Source: a virus (lineage: Duplodnaviria > Caudoviricetes). Taken from it: a stretch of DNA of 64,000 nt. The DNA lies in the IMG/VR virus record IMGVR_UViG_3300043567_000723, one strand, 5' to 3'. Below the pieces are notes generated by a model. It was not told where the DNA came from. It searched no databases and worked only from the letters and a program-made list of their open reading frames with translations. The stretch's first letter is position 1. The number at the start of each line of letters is the position of its first letter. Below are positions 9,475 to 17,330 of this stretch, in pieces. The translations under genes were made by a program, and so were the position numbers.

Positions 9475-9708
9475 ATGACACTACCTTACGAGCGTTATCG
9501 CGCGGTGCAACACGCCCGGGAATTGCTGCAAGACTTACTAGACGCAAAGAAAACGCCAAAAGTACCAAGAAAAATTCGCCTGCGTGCGCTCAGTGTGTTG
9601 CGGCACTATCCGTATAAATATGACATGGAGAATGCGGCACAAGCAGCGCCAGACGTATTTGCAGTAACAAGCCCGCTGTGTAAAGGAGACACGCGCGAAG
9701 ATGCTTAG
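9475..9708 (+). CDS. Conserved small phage protein (BPSL0761-like)
   Basis: MTLP.ER.RA....RE.L..L...TP.VP..IR..A...LRHYP. Confidence 0.65.
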   Translation: MTLPYERYRAVQHARELLQDLLDAKKTPKVPRKIRLRALSVLRHYPYKYDMENAAQAAPDVFAVTSPLCKGDTREDA

Positions 9709-10030
9709 AACAAATAAAAAGTACGACGGTTACGAACCGTCAGACCAAGATATTGTTATCAATAACTACAGGCTCGTCTGTACGTGCCCCGCGTGCCCTG
9801 AGCAATATGACGTATTTGACGATACCACTGGCGGGCTTATGGGCTACCTGCGTTTGCGCCACGGCGACTTTCGCGCTGACTGCCCAGACGTTGGCGGCGA
9901 AATTGTCTACTCGTCAAATCCAAAAGGCGACGGAATATTTGACGAAGACGAACGGTTACCAGAACTCATAAAAGCCGTAGTGGCAATAAAAAACTGGTGG
10001 GACAAACTTAAGGAGGAGCAAAATATATGA
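9701..10030 (+). CDS. Conserved phage hypothetical protein
   Basis: TC.ACPEQYDVFD...GYLRLRHG motif. Confidence 0.7.
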   Translation: MLRTNKKYDGYEPSDQDIVINNYRLVCTCPACPEQYDVFDDTTGGLMGYLRLRHGDFRADCPDVGGEIVYSSNPKGDGIFDEDERLPELIKAVVAIKNWWDKLKEEQNI

Positions 10031-10290
10031 AAAAACAACACGACGATGCCGGCATTTGGTCGCTGATGGCAATAGTGTTTATTATCGGCACATTTGTATC
10101 TATGGTAATCGGCGGCGTTACAAATACAAGCAGCACGCCAACTCCAATGTTCAACCCCGACGCAGGCTCGTTTGAGCATCGGTACGTCAAAGAGCGCGTC
10201 AAGTTAGAAGGCTATAGCGACAAAGAAGCAAGCCAAGCCGCAGACGCGATCATGAAGTTTCACAACGCTCAACAGGCGCGCAAGAAATGA
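10027..10290 (+). CDS. Single-pass membrane protein
   Basis: Hydrophobic segment IWSLMAIVFIIGTFVSMVIG. Confidence 0.65.
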   Translation: MKKQHDDAGIWSLMAIVFIIGTFVSMVIGGVTNTSSTPTPMFNPDAGSFEHRYVKERVKLEGYSDKEASQAADAIMKFHNAQQARKK

Positions 10291-10424
10291 AAACGTACAT
10301 TGTGTACGACCCCAAGGGCGATGAGATGCCCGAACTAATTAAAGCGGCAAGCCATAACGCAGCCGAAAAGAAAGCCGTAAAAAAATACGGCGCAGGTTCA
10401 AGCGTCTCTTACACTGAGGTTTAA
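10287..10424 (+). CDS. Small hypothetical protein (45 aa)
   Basis: ATGA overlap at 10287; MKTYIVYDPKG...SYTEV fills the gap between two ORFs (below the ORF-track cutoff). Confidence 0.55.
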   Translation: MKTYIVYDPKGDEMPELIKAASHNAAEKKAVKKYGAGSSVSYTEV

Positions 10425-10425
10425 C

Positions 10426-10752
10426 GTGACCCAGAAATACAAATATCTGGACAAAGGATTTCTCAACCGCATCAATCGCATGTCGCGCGACGTGCTGCAG
10501 TACAACAGGTCGCTACCGCAGTCGCTAGTAGACGCGCTACCAGAAGAGCGGTTTTACGTTATCACGTGGTCAATGTTGCACGAGCACATTGCCGGAAAGC
10601 CGGCTGACCCGCATATGCGCTGCCTGATCTATGGCGGCCCAGACGTACCAAACCCACTAATCCTCGATATGGAAATGGGATTGTACGAGATTCTGCCTGA
10701 ATACGAAGTGCGTGAAAAAGAAAACGGCGAAATTGAAACCGTGCAAGTTTAA
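10426..10752 (+). CDS. Hypothetical protein
   Basis: 108 aa ORF, GTG start. Confidence 0.6.
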   Translation: MTQKYKYLDKGFLNRINRMSRDVLQYNRSLPQSLVDALPEERFYVITWSMLHEHIAGKPADPHMRCLIYGGPDVPNPLILDMEMGLYEILPEYEVREKENGEIETVQV

Positions 10753-10765
10753 TGAAAGGATTTAT

Positions 10766-12193
10766 ATGGGACGAGGGAGCAATAAGCGAATGGCCAAGAA
10801 ACGCGCTGCCCGGCAAGTTGCGGCAGCAAGAAATGAAAGCTATCTAGACGCGCAAGACGTAGATCTTGACGACGAAGATATGGTTGTGGCAAATGTTACA
10901 GTCAAGCCAAAGCAGTTGTCGTGGAAGCACCGCAAGTCTGGAGAGACGGGTGTATTCGCAGCGCTGTTTGAAGAAGTGCTATACGACGTACCAGAAGGAT
11001 TGAGCGCTACACCGGCGACACGTATTGCAAAATACAACGCCATTATGCGGGCTATTAATTCAACGCCGGCAAACGCGGACAAGACTGGAACCATCACAGT
11101 CCGCATTCCGTGGACGATGTTGGACTTCCCGCCAGACGGCGTGGGCCGTGAGGTGCGCGTTAATAAAGGCCACATCGGCCATATTGTGCGGCATTATCAC
11201 GAGCCAAGCTGGTGCCCGCCAATGGTTACAATGCTGCCAATCTATGACGACAACGGGCAGCTTATTACCGTGCGCTTTTATGTACCAGATGGCTGGCATC
11301 GCACACGTATCCGGCTAGAGATGCATTACGCGCAAAACCCGGAGAATCTGCGCACAGGTAAAAATCCTGTCGAGATCGAAGTGAGTGCGGCGCCAGTAAA
11401 GTCTATTGTTGAAGTAGCAGAGGCGTTTGCTGCTGCTAACGGCAAAGGCACGCAGCCGATGGCCGGCAGCGATTCGTGGCGCAACGACTACATTGCCGGC
11501 GAAGAAAACGTTGTCAAGGCAGTTGAGCTGGCGGCTGAGTATGGGCTTGATGCATCTGCGTCCCCAAACAAGCGCGGTTGGCCGCGGTTTACAAACGGCA
11601 AGATCATCATGCATATGTGCAATGGCGCGCGTTATCATTTTCCGTGGATCACAGAAAAAGACGTACGCCGAGCACTGCAGCTGATTACAGATCCGGCGTG
11701 TGAAGGGCTGTACGGTCACAAAGACGCCTTGAAGCAAAACTTCTTTGGCGGACTGTGCCACCTGATTGCTTATTACGAGCGACCGGGTTACATGCACGAC
11801 GCAGGGCTAAAGCACGTGTTCTCTCGACCTGACGTTTTGTCGCGCGTCGAAGAGCTGGCCAAGGAAATGTCGCCAGCGTTGCTCGTAGTTGAAATGCAGA
11901 TTCCAGAAGCGTCAATCTCGCGTGACGAGTCAAAGCGCTATCACAACTACGCTGCGGCAATGCGCCGGCTATACTTAGCCAGCGTACCGGCACCAAAAGC
12001 GCGCAACAGCAACTGGATGGAATGCCCGCCAGAGCTGCGACAGTTGTTTCACGTAGCGCCCGGCATTCAAGATGAAAACGAGCGTAAGCGATTCATTGCC
12101 GAAATGAACGCTGCGCTTATTAAGAAAACAGGACCCAAGAAAAGGGCCAACAAGAGCAAAATTACCGATGAAGATAAAAACTTCACACGGTAA
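10766..12193 (+). CDS. ParB/Srx-like (DUF6551-like) domain protein
   Basis: AAGGA RBS; V...HI..IV......W.PP.V...F.VPDGWHRT matches the ParB-N DG.HR motif. Confidence 0.5.
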   Translation: MGRGSNKRMAKKRAARQVAAARNESYLDAQDVDLDDEDMVVANVTVKPKQLSWKHRKSGETGVFAALFEEVLYDVPEGLSATPATRIAKYNAIMRAINSTPANADKTGTITVRIPWTMLDFPPDGVGREVRVNKGHIGHIVRHYHEPSWCPPMVTMLPIYDDNGQLITVRFYVPDGWHRTRIRLEMHYAQNPENLRTGKNPVEIEVSAAPVKSIVEVAEAFAAANGKGTQPMAGSDSWRNDYIAGEENVVKAVELAAEYGLDASASPNKRGWPRFTNGKIIMHMCNGARYHFPWITEKDVRRALQLITDPACEGLYGHKDALKQNFFGGLCHLIAYYERPGYMHDAGLKHVFSRPDVLSRVEELAKEMSPALLVVEMQIPEASISRDESKRYHNYAAAMRRLYLASVPAPKARNSNWMECPPELRQLFHVAPGIQDENERKRFIAEMNAALIKKTGPKKRANKSKITDEDKNFTR

Positions 12194-12207
12194 AGTAAGA
12201 TAAACGC

Positions 12208-12252
12208 GTAGGGGCGGGTGTAATAACCCGCCCCTACCGTTTCTTTTCTTTT
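12208..12252 (+). terminator. Rho-independent terminator
   Basis: Perfect 12-bp stem gtaggggcgggt / acccgcccctac followed by a T-rich tail. Confidence 0.85.
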
Positions 12253-12302
12253 GATATCAGCAGCTTGTCCGGCAGCTTCCTGTCCAGTAAAGCCGGGCTC
12301 AC

Positions 12303-12420
12303 TTGTCTGTTCTACGTGCTGTGTTCACTTCCACAGAAAACAGACTGGTAATCCCAAACGCGTGTCACGATAGGTTCATGCCCTATTGTGTGACTGTGCA
12401 ATTCAGTCGTTGGGATCTTT
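12303..12420. ncRNA. Candidate structured non-coding RNA
   Basis: No ORF; stems gtctgtt/aacagac, ctgtg/cacag, atcccaaacg/cgttgggat, gtcac-gatagg/cctatt-gt-gtgac, gactg/cagtc. Confidence 0.3.
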
Positions 12421-12457
12421 TTAAAAACGTGTAGTACCTACAAAGCTACAACAACAA

Positions 12458-12619
12458 ATGACCAGAGAACAAGCAATAAAGTTTATTCTGCGCGTTTTAA
12501 ACAGCCGAATGTCAATCTTGAGTCCAGACAAAGCAAAAGCATTACAACTAGCAGAAGAACACAAAGTAACAACTATAGAGTTGATCGAAGCGTACGAAAA
12601 AATAGCTAAACAGATCTAA
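12458..12619 (+). CDS. Small hypothetical protein (53 aa)
   Basis: MTREQAIKFILRVLN...YEKIAKQI, amphipathic helical; below the ORF-track cutoff. Confidence 0.5.
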   Translation: MTREQAIKFILRVLNSRMSILSPDKAKALQLAEEHKVTTIELIEAYEKIAKQI

Positions 12620-12675
12620 GCTGTCATCTAAAAAATAATCAAACAGCCCCCGATCATCTAATACCCTTAAAAACG

Positions 12676-12800
12676 CTTAGAGAGCCTTTTTGGCTCTAAG
12701 CTCCGTGTAGGCAAAGCCTACACTAGGTCCGCGTAAATCGGACAAGATTTGTGTTTTGCGCTTGCTCTAAGTCTTTGGTGCGTAAGACTTTGAAGCGCAA
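12676..12800. promoter_or_regulatory. Cluster of four tandem hairpins upstream of the 12855 gene
   Basis: cttagagagcc/ggctctaag; gtgtaggc/gcctacac; gtccg/cggac; ttgcgctt..aagtctt/aagactt..aagcgcaa. Confidence 0.5.
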
Positions 12801-12854
12801 TTTTGGGTCATTTTACCCCCTTGGTTTTGCCCTCGCACCAATTTAAATATCAAA

Positions 12855-13745
12855 ATGTCAGATCTCACTCTTATGCCCGCTAGAAAAAAACGGGCTGCAA
12901 CGATAGGCTCTGTCCAAGTAGCAGTCAAAACTGTGACGGGCAAAGCGCTACGAGCCAGAAAAAAACGACAGCAGCGCCGGCAGACAGCTTCCGGGTGCGT
13001 TCTGTACCGCGGGCCGAGCCCGTGGGCGTTAGACGGCCTCCCAGAAGCTGACAGGGCCATTGTGATCCTGCTGACGTTCTCGTCCACGAACCGCAAGACA
13101 GGCGACACGTGCCAGCTGTGGCTTTTTGCCGACAAGCTCAAGCCCACCGAAGCCAAAGCTGCTGGGCTGAACCAGCTGGTCTGTGGCGACTGCGCGCTGA
13201 TGCAGGTCTGCTACGTCAAGCTGCATCAGGCTCCGCGCATGATCTGGAACTCCTACAAGAACGGAAACTACCCAGATTACCAGCCAGACCAGCACGATTG
13301 GATTATTGCTGAGAAAGGCGTTCGGTTCGGCGCCTACGGCGATCCAGTTCTGGTACCGATTGAATTGGTCCAGCATTTTGTTAGAGTTTCAAATCACAAC
13401 TACACCGGGTTCACAGAGCAATGGGCCAAACCCGAGTACCAGATGTACCGGCCGTATTTCATGGCCAGCGTTCACCGCGACGAAGATATTCCCAGAGCCA
13501 CGGCACTGGGTTGGCGCCACTACAGGGTTGGCACTGACGGCCCGAAAGCCGGCGAAGTCTTGTGCCCGCACCAGAACGAAAAACTTACGCAGGTTATTCA
13601 GTGCAGCACGTGTCAGGCGTGCAATGGCGCCAGCAGACCAGTGGGCCAGCAGCAGCGTCACAGTATTTTTGCCTATCCGACTGGCACAAAGTACATCAAC
13701 ACGCGATGGAAGAAAAACCTCGCAAGAACTCAACTAGAAAATTAA
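12855..13745 (+). CDS. Conserved Cys-rich phage protein (possible Fe-S/Zn enzyme)
   Basis: CGDC.....CYV, RFGAYGDP, TGFTEQW, FMASV, GWR.YRV, CP...C..C..C motifs. Confidence 0.65.
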   Translation: MSDLTLMPARKKRAATIGSVQVAVKTVTGKALRARKKRQQRRQTASGCVLYRGPSPWALDGLPEADRAIVILLTFSSTNRKTGDTCQLWLFADKLKPTEAKAAGLNQLVCGDCALMQVCYVKLHQAPRMIWNSYKNGNYPDYQPDQHDWIIAEKGVRFGAYGDPVLVPIELVQHFVRVSNHNYTGFTEQWAKPEYQMYRPYFMASVHRDEDIPRATALGWRHYRVGTDGPKAGEVLCPHQNEKLTQVIQCSTCQACNGASRPVGQQQRHSIFAYPTGTKYINTRWKKNLARTQLEN

Positions 13746-13759
13746 TCAAAGAACTAAAA

Positions 13760-13897
13760 ATGAACAACATTCATTTTGATCCGGTAGCCGTTATTGACCA
13801 CCCAGAATTATTGACCTCTGAGCTAGGTAAGGTATGCTGCGCAATATTTTGTATGCGCGATAGCTTTAAAGACGACTGCCGTTTGCCTAAAGAATAG
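13760..13897 (+). CDS. Small hypothetical protein (45 aa)
   Basis: ATG at 13760 within the 13562-13897 frame. Confidence 0.4.
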   Translation: MNNIHFDPVAVIDHPELLTSELGKVCCAIFCMRDSFKDDCRLPKE

Positions 13898-13926
13898 GCC
13901 GCGTACGTTTTAACACGGAGGTTTAT

Positions 13927-14457
13927 ATGAGTTTGATTCGTGGCAACATGTCTGTTCGACGCAACGATAAATGCCCGTGCGACAGCGGCAAGAAATATAA
14001 ACATTGCCACTCGCCGGAAGCGTCAAAGCATCCAAACAGCCACATGAAGCCGGTGAAGTACATAGACAGCGGCGAAGAAGCTGTGAAGTACGTAATCGGC
14101 GATAGTACAGGCGTAAAATTCTTCTCCGACAAAGATAACAATATCCTTGTCTTTGCCTCGCGCGAAGAAGCCACGGCAATTGCGCTGCTCGAAGACTTTG
14201 CTGACCAAGCGCCCGGCGAGATTAACGTTGCCGGCGTTGGGCAAACCAAGTGGGAGCATTTGCAAACCAAGCTGCCGTATGTAGAAGTTAAAAGTGTTGA
14301 GCACGCCGCGAGCCTCATTCGCGAGCGTATTGAAATTCAAGCCGCCAAACTGGAGAGCATGTCTGATGAAGTCGACCAACCAGAAGAAGAAAATAGTTCC
14401 AAAGAAAAAGCCCAGCCGGAAACCGCAAGCGAAGAAAACGAAATCAACGCGCAGTGA
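13927..14457 (+). CDS. SEC-C motif (Zn-binding) protein
   Basis: GGAGG RBS; RNDKCPCDSGKKYKHCH. Confidence 0.8.
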   Translation: MSLIRGNMSVRRNDKCPCDSGKKYKHCHSPEASKHPNSHMKPVKYIDSGEEAVKYVIGDSTGVKFFSDKDNNILVFASREEATAIALLEDFADQAPGEINVAGVGQTKWEHLQTKLPYVEVKSVEHAASLIRERIEIQAAKLESMSDEVDQPEEENSSKEKAQPETASEENEINAQ

Positions 14458-14752
14458 TGCCGTTGACGTAGTCCTTCTTGAAACGCTGGACGAGTTGGTG
14501 TCTGTATTGAAGGGTCACCGGGAAGTGCTGGCCGACCTGCAAAAGCATGTAGCTGCGTTATATGCGCGCAGTAAATACGATAATCAGCCGCAGCAGCCGC
14601 AGCCGCAACAATGGCCTAGCTGGCCGTTAGCCGGCAAAGGCACATACACATATGCGGCGCCGTATTACGTCGACTGCACGAACGGTTCGCAGCATTTGTA
14701 CGGGTATATCGGCAACCAGCCAGCGGGTTCAAACCAACCTAAGAACAAATAA
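14294..14752 (+). CDS. Hypothetical protein (true start uncertain, probably after 14457)
   Basis: Frame reads protein-like from about 14460 (coiled coil then QP-rich); no clean start codon seen. Confidence 0.35.
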   Translation: MLSTPRASFASVLKFKPPNWRACLMKSTNQKKKIVPKKKPSRKPQAKKTKSTRSDAVDVVLLETLDELVSVLKGHREVLADLQKHVAALYARSKYDNQPQQPQPQQWPSWPLAGKGTYTYAAPYYVDCTNGSQHLYGYIGNQPAGSNQPKNK

Positions 14753-14754
14753 CA

Positions 14755-15051
14755 ATGGACCTTGAGCCTATTTGGGCCGGCGACAAGCAGGCTATTCGGC
14801 TTGCCATGGGTGAGTTGAGCGCGCAAGAAATGCGTAGCGTTCTTGCGTTGCTCAATCTTCTTCGCCCAGAGCACGAGAAGCTGCAATACAAGCTGCGCGA
14901 GTATTCATTGGAATTACTCGCGCTGCACGATCAGGCACTATTAACTCAGATGGCTTACCTCAAACAACAAGGATGCTGTAATGACGTTTCACGAACTGGA
15001 AGAGAAGGTGCTGCAGTGGGCGATGGACCGGAAGATCATTCCCAACAGTAA
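14755..15051 (+). CDS. Hypothetical protein
   Basis: 98 aa ORF; 3' end overlaps the MazG-like gene. Confidence 0.55.
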   Translation: MDLEPIWAGDKQAIRLAMGELSAQEMRSVLALLNLLRPEHEKLQYKLREYSLELLALHDQALLTQMAYLKQQGCCNDVSRTGREGAAVGDGPEDHSQQ

Positions 15052-15289
15052 TCCCACAGCGCAACTCATGAAGACAATGTCGGAGTTGGGCGAGTTAGCC
15101 GACGCCACGCTCAAGGGCGATGACGCCGGCATTGTGGACGGCGTAGGCGACGTGCTGGTGACACTGATTCTGTACTGCAAATTACAAGAAATCAGCGTAG
15201 CGGCATGTTTAGGTCGTGCCTACGATGAGATTAAAGATAGAAAAGGCACTTTAACACCAGAAGGTATTTTTGTGAAAGAGACAGCATGA
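14981..15289 (+). CDS. MazG-like nucleotide pyrophosphohydrolase
   Basis: W...R......AQL.K..SE.GEL......D...I.DG.GD.LV.LI......CL..AY.EIKDRKG. Confidence 0.85.
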   Translation: MTFHELEEKVLQWAMDRKIIPNSNPTAQLMKTMSELGELADATLKGDDAGIVDGVGDVLVTLILYCKLQEISVAACLGRAYDEIKDRKGTLTPEGIFVKETA

Positions 15290-15591
15290 TCGATCCAAAT
15301 AAAGTAATAAGTGACTGCGAGCAAGCCGATCATATTATGCAGGATCAACGGGCCGAAATTGATCGGCTCAAGGAAGCCCTCCGCCGCCTCGCTGACCAAG
15401 ACGCCACGCTCTCGGTGTGCAACGGCAACGTAATTGTGACGATGGACGCCACGCTCACCGACGAGGAGTTGGAGGCGGTGGAGTGGTCGATTAACGATCA
15501 GATTGCCGGTGGGCATCAAGATCACCCAACTGTTAAAGCCGTTATCGTCACCCTGCGCGGCCTGCTGGAGCGGCTTGGAGGTGACAAGTGA
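15286..15591 (+). CDS. LTDEERE-family small protein, copy 1
   Basis: TLTDEELEAVEW...VTLRGLLERLG. Confidence 0.7.
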   Translation: MIDPNKVISDCEQADHIMQDQRAEIDRLKEALRRLADQDATLSVCNGNVIVTMDATLTDEELEAVEWSINDQIAGGHQDHPTVKAVIVTLRGLLERLGGDK

Positions 15592-15839
15592 GTGACATCG
15601 TTTTCGACGGCATGGTGTTTGACAGGCTCCGCGAGATAGGCGACCAGAGCGACAGGATTGCATCGCTGGAGTCAGAGATCGCCCGCCTGCGCCTCACCGA
15701 CGATGAACGGGAGACGATCAAGCGGGCGATTGACTCGCAGCAGGACCGGGCTGCCGAAATGCACAGTAGATCATGGGACGCAGCCGCCATCGACGAGGAC
15801 TGCGACACGCTACGCGGGCTGCTGGAACGACTAGGTTGA
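15588..15839 (+). CDS. LTDEERE-family small protein, copy 2
   Basis: RLRLTDDERETI...DTLRGLLERLG; stop overlaps an attC-like R box. Confidence 0.7.
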   Translation: MSDIVFDGMVFDRLREIGDQSDRIASLESEIARLRLTDDERETIKRAIDSQQDRAAEMHSRSWDAAAIDEDCDTLRGLLERLG

Positions 15840-15926
15840 GAACACCGAAGATCAACAGCCGCGAACTAGGAGGGCGGCGACTATGAGCGATACGAATGAG
15901 CAGTCTGTTGCATCGAATGGTTCTCA
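15837..15926 (-). mobile_element. Integron attC-like recombination site, reversed relative to the genes
   Basis: Minus strand reads TGAGAAC-CATTC-GATGCAAC...GTTGATC-TTCGGT-GTTCTCA, i.e. R''-5nt-8nt L''...7nt L'-6nt-R' with one extrahelical base; R boxes are exact 7-bp inverted repeats. Confidence 0.6.
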
Positions 15927-16206
15927 CGGGGAGCCAGTCGCGTGGGGTGTGTTTTACGGCGATGGAAAACTTCATTCATTATTGGACTCGCACGCAAAGG
16001 CCGAATGCACGGCGTTGACAATGCGAAAGTTCGACCATCTCGGCGTCTATGTTTCGCCGCTCTATTGCCAGCCAACGCTCACCGAAGCGGAGCAACTCGC
16101 AGTTGCATGGGCGGCGAGAGAGGCCGACGAGTGGGACGAGGAAGACACCCCAGAGGTCGCTGCACACGCCGATGCGTTGCGCGGGTTGGCAAGGCGACTA
16201 TTCTGA
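15883..16206 (+). CDS. LTDEERE-family small protein, copy 3 (EPVAW motif); start lies inside the attC-like site
   Basis: GGAGG RBS and ATG within the attC loop; PTLTEAEQLAV...ALRGLARRL. Confidence 0.7.
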   Translation: MSDTNEQSVASNGSHGEPVAWGVFYGDGKLHSLLDSHAKAECTALTMRKFDHLGVYVSPLYCQPTLTEAEQLAVAWAAREADEWDEEDTPEVAAHADALRGLARRLF

Positions 16207-16232
16207 GAACGAACAGGATCGCGTGGTTCTGG
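16204..16232 (-). mobile_element. Internally deleted attC-like remnant
   Basis: TGAGAAC-GAACAG-GATC-GCGTG-GTTCTGG: both R boxes and both spacers, with the L boxes fused at the shared ATC. Confidence 0.5.
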
Positions 16233-16244
16233 AGACACACACAC

Positions 16245-16412
16245 ATGACAATCACTCAAATAATCGGCGCTGCACTGATCTCATCACCATTTGCGGGCGT
16301 TGCTGTGTTGTGCCACATGCACGGCGGCTGGCCCGCCGTTGCTGTAGTGTTTGGTGCGAGCGGAGCCGTTGTTGCTGCTATCGCACTTGGGTGTCGACTT
16401 CTGGTTCCATAA
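16245..16412 (+). CDS. Small two-helix membrane protein (55 aa)
   Basis: GGAG RBS; MTITQIIGAALISSPFAGVAVLC...VAVVFGASGAVVAAIALG. Confidence 0.6.
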   Translation: MTITQIIGAALISSPFAGVAVLCHMHGGWPAVAVVFGASGAVVAAIALGCRLLVP

Positions 16413-16437
16413 CACGCAGGATCAGGAGCGGCGAACA
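16407..16437 (-). mobile_element. attC-like half site
   Basis: CCATAAC-ACGCAG-GATCAGG-AGCGGCGAAC then ATGAGCGAT, paralleling the left half and start of the 15837 site; stop TAA overlaps the R box. Confidence 0.45.
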
Positions 16438-16632
16438 ATGAGCGATGACAACACGCACATGGCTACGGCAAAGCTGGCTGCCGCGAACACATGGCTGCAA
16501 GAAGAAATCAAGCGGTTGCGGCTCACCGACGCGGAGCGGGAGGCGGTGGAGTGGGCGGAAGAACTCGCTGGAAACTGCGAAGAGTTTGATCGCGTTGACA
16601 CGCTTCGCAACCTACTGGAGAGAACGAAGTGA
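16438..16632 (+). CDS. LTDEERE-family small protein, copy 4
   Basis: RLRLTDAEREAVEW...DTLRNLLERTK. Confidence 0.7.
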   Translation: MSDDNTHMATAKLAAANTWLQEEIKRLRLTDAEREAVEWAEELAGNCEEFDRVDTLRNLLERTK

Positions 16633-16877
16633 CTAAAACACAATGTCAAGTTCCGTCGCAAATAAACGTGACGCTCACAGACGAGCAGCGAGAGTCATTG
16701 CGGGCGTCCTTGTCAGGCGGTGCAGGAGGCCCGCTGGTTCATCCACCGCAGCCCGCGCTCACCGACGAGGAGCGTGAGGCGATACAGCGGCTGATTGAAG
16801 ATTACGAACAAGACGGCGAGCCAGCGAGCGCAGTCTGTGTTGCCACGCTGCGTACTTTATTAGAAAGGCTGAAATGA
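16629..16877 (+). CDS. LTDEERE-family small protein, copy 5 (two motif copies)
   Basis: TLTDEQRESL and ALTDEEREAI...ATLRTLLERLK. Confidence 0.7.
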   Translation: MTKTQCQVPSQINVTLTDEQRESLRASLSGGAGGPLVHPPQPALTDEEREAIQRLIEDYEQDGEPASAVCVATLRTLLERLK

Positions 16878-17317
16878 ATCCAATTCGAGAAAACACTATT
16901 CCGCTCAACGAGTGTCGCAACGGCTGGGTGTATAGATTGTCCAGTCGAAATCTTGGCTTTGGCGTTTTCGTGCAGGCCAGCAATGGTTTTATCGGCATCC
17001 GCGAGAAATTTAATCACAAATATCTATTCACTGAGTACCACCGTGATACGGGTGTGCCGTTTGGAACAGTGTGCCCCAAGGAAGAACTGGAACCTGCTCC
17101 ACCCGGTTTAGTATTGAAAGAAAACGGCCCGCTTATTAATGAGGAAAACGGTCGCGTCGTCGTGCTCGAAGCGGGAACGGAATATCCGTCACCGCGAACC
17201 TATCGGTACGCCGATACATCAGAGATCTGCGATCCGGGTGAAATTGTGTGGTCGTGCAACCAACCGTTACACGACTATATGTTGTTAGTTGAAAACAAAT
17301 ATTGCAATAAAACATAA
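16874..17317 (+). CDS. Conserved phage hypothetical protein
   Basis: Y...SRNL..GVF.....GFIGIREKF...YLF.EYH motif. Confidence 0.7.
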   Translation: MNPIRENTIPLNECRNGWVYRLSSRNLGFGVFVQASNGFIGIREKFNHKYLFTEYHRDTGVPFGTVCPKEELEPAPPGLVLKENGPLINEENGRVVVLEAGTEYPSPRTYRYADTSEICDPGEIVWSCNQPLHDYMLLVENKYCNKT

Positions 17318-17330
17318 AAGAGAAAACGAC

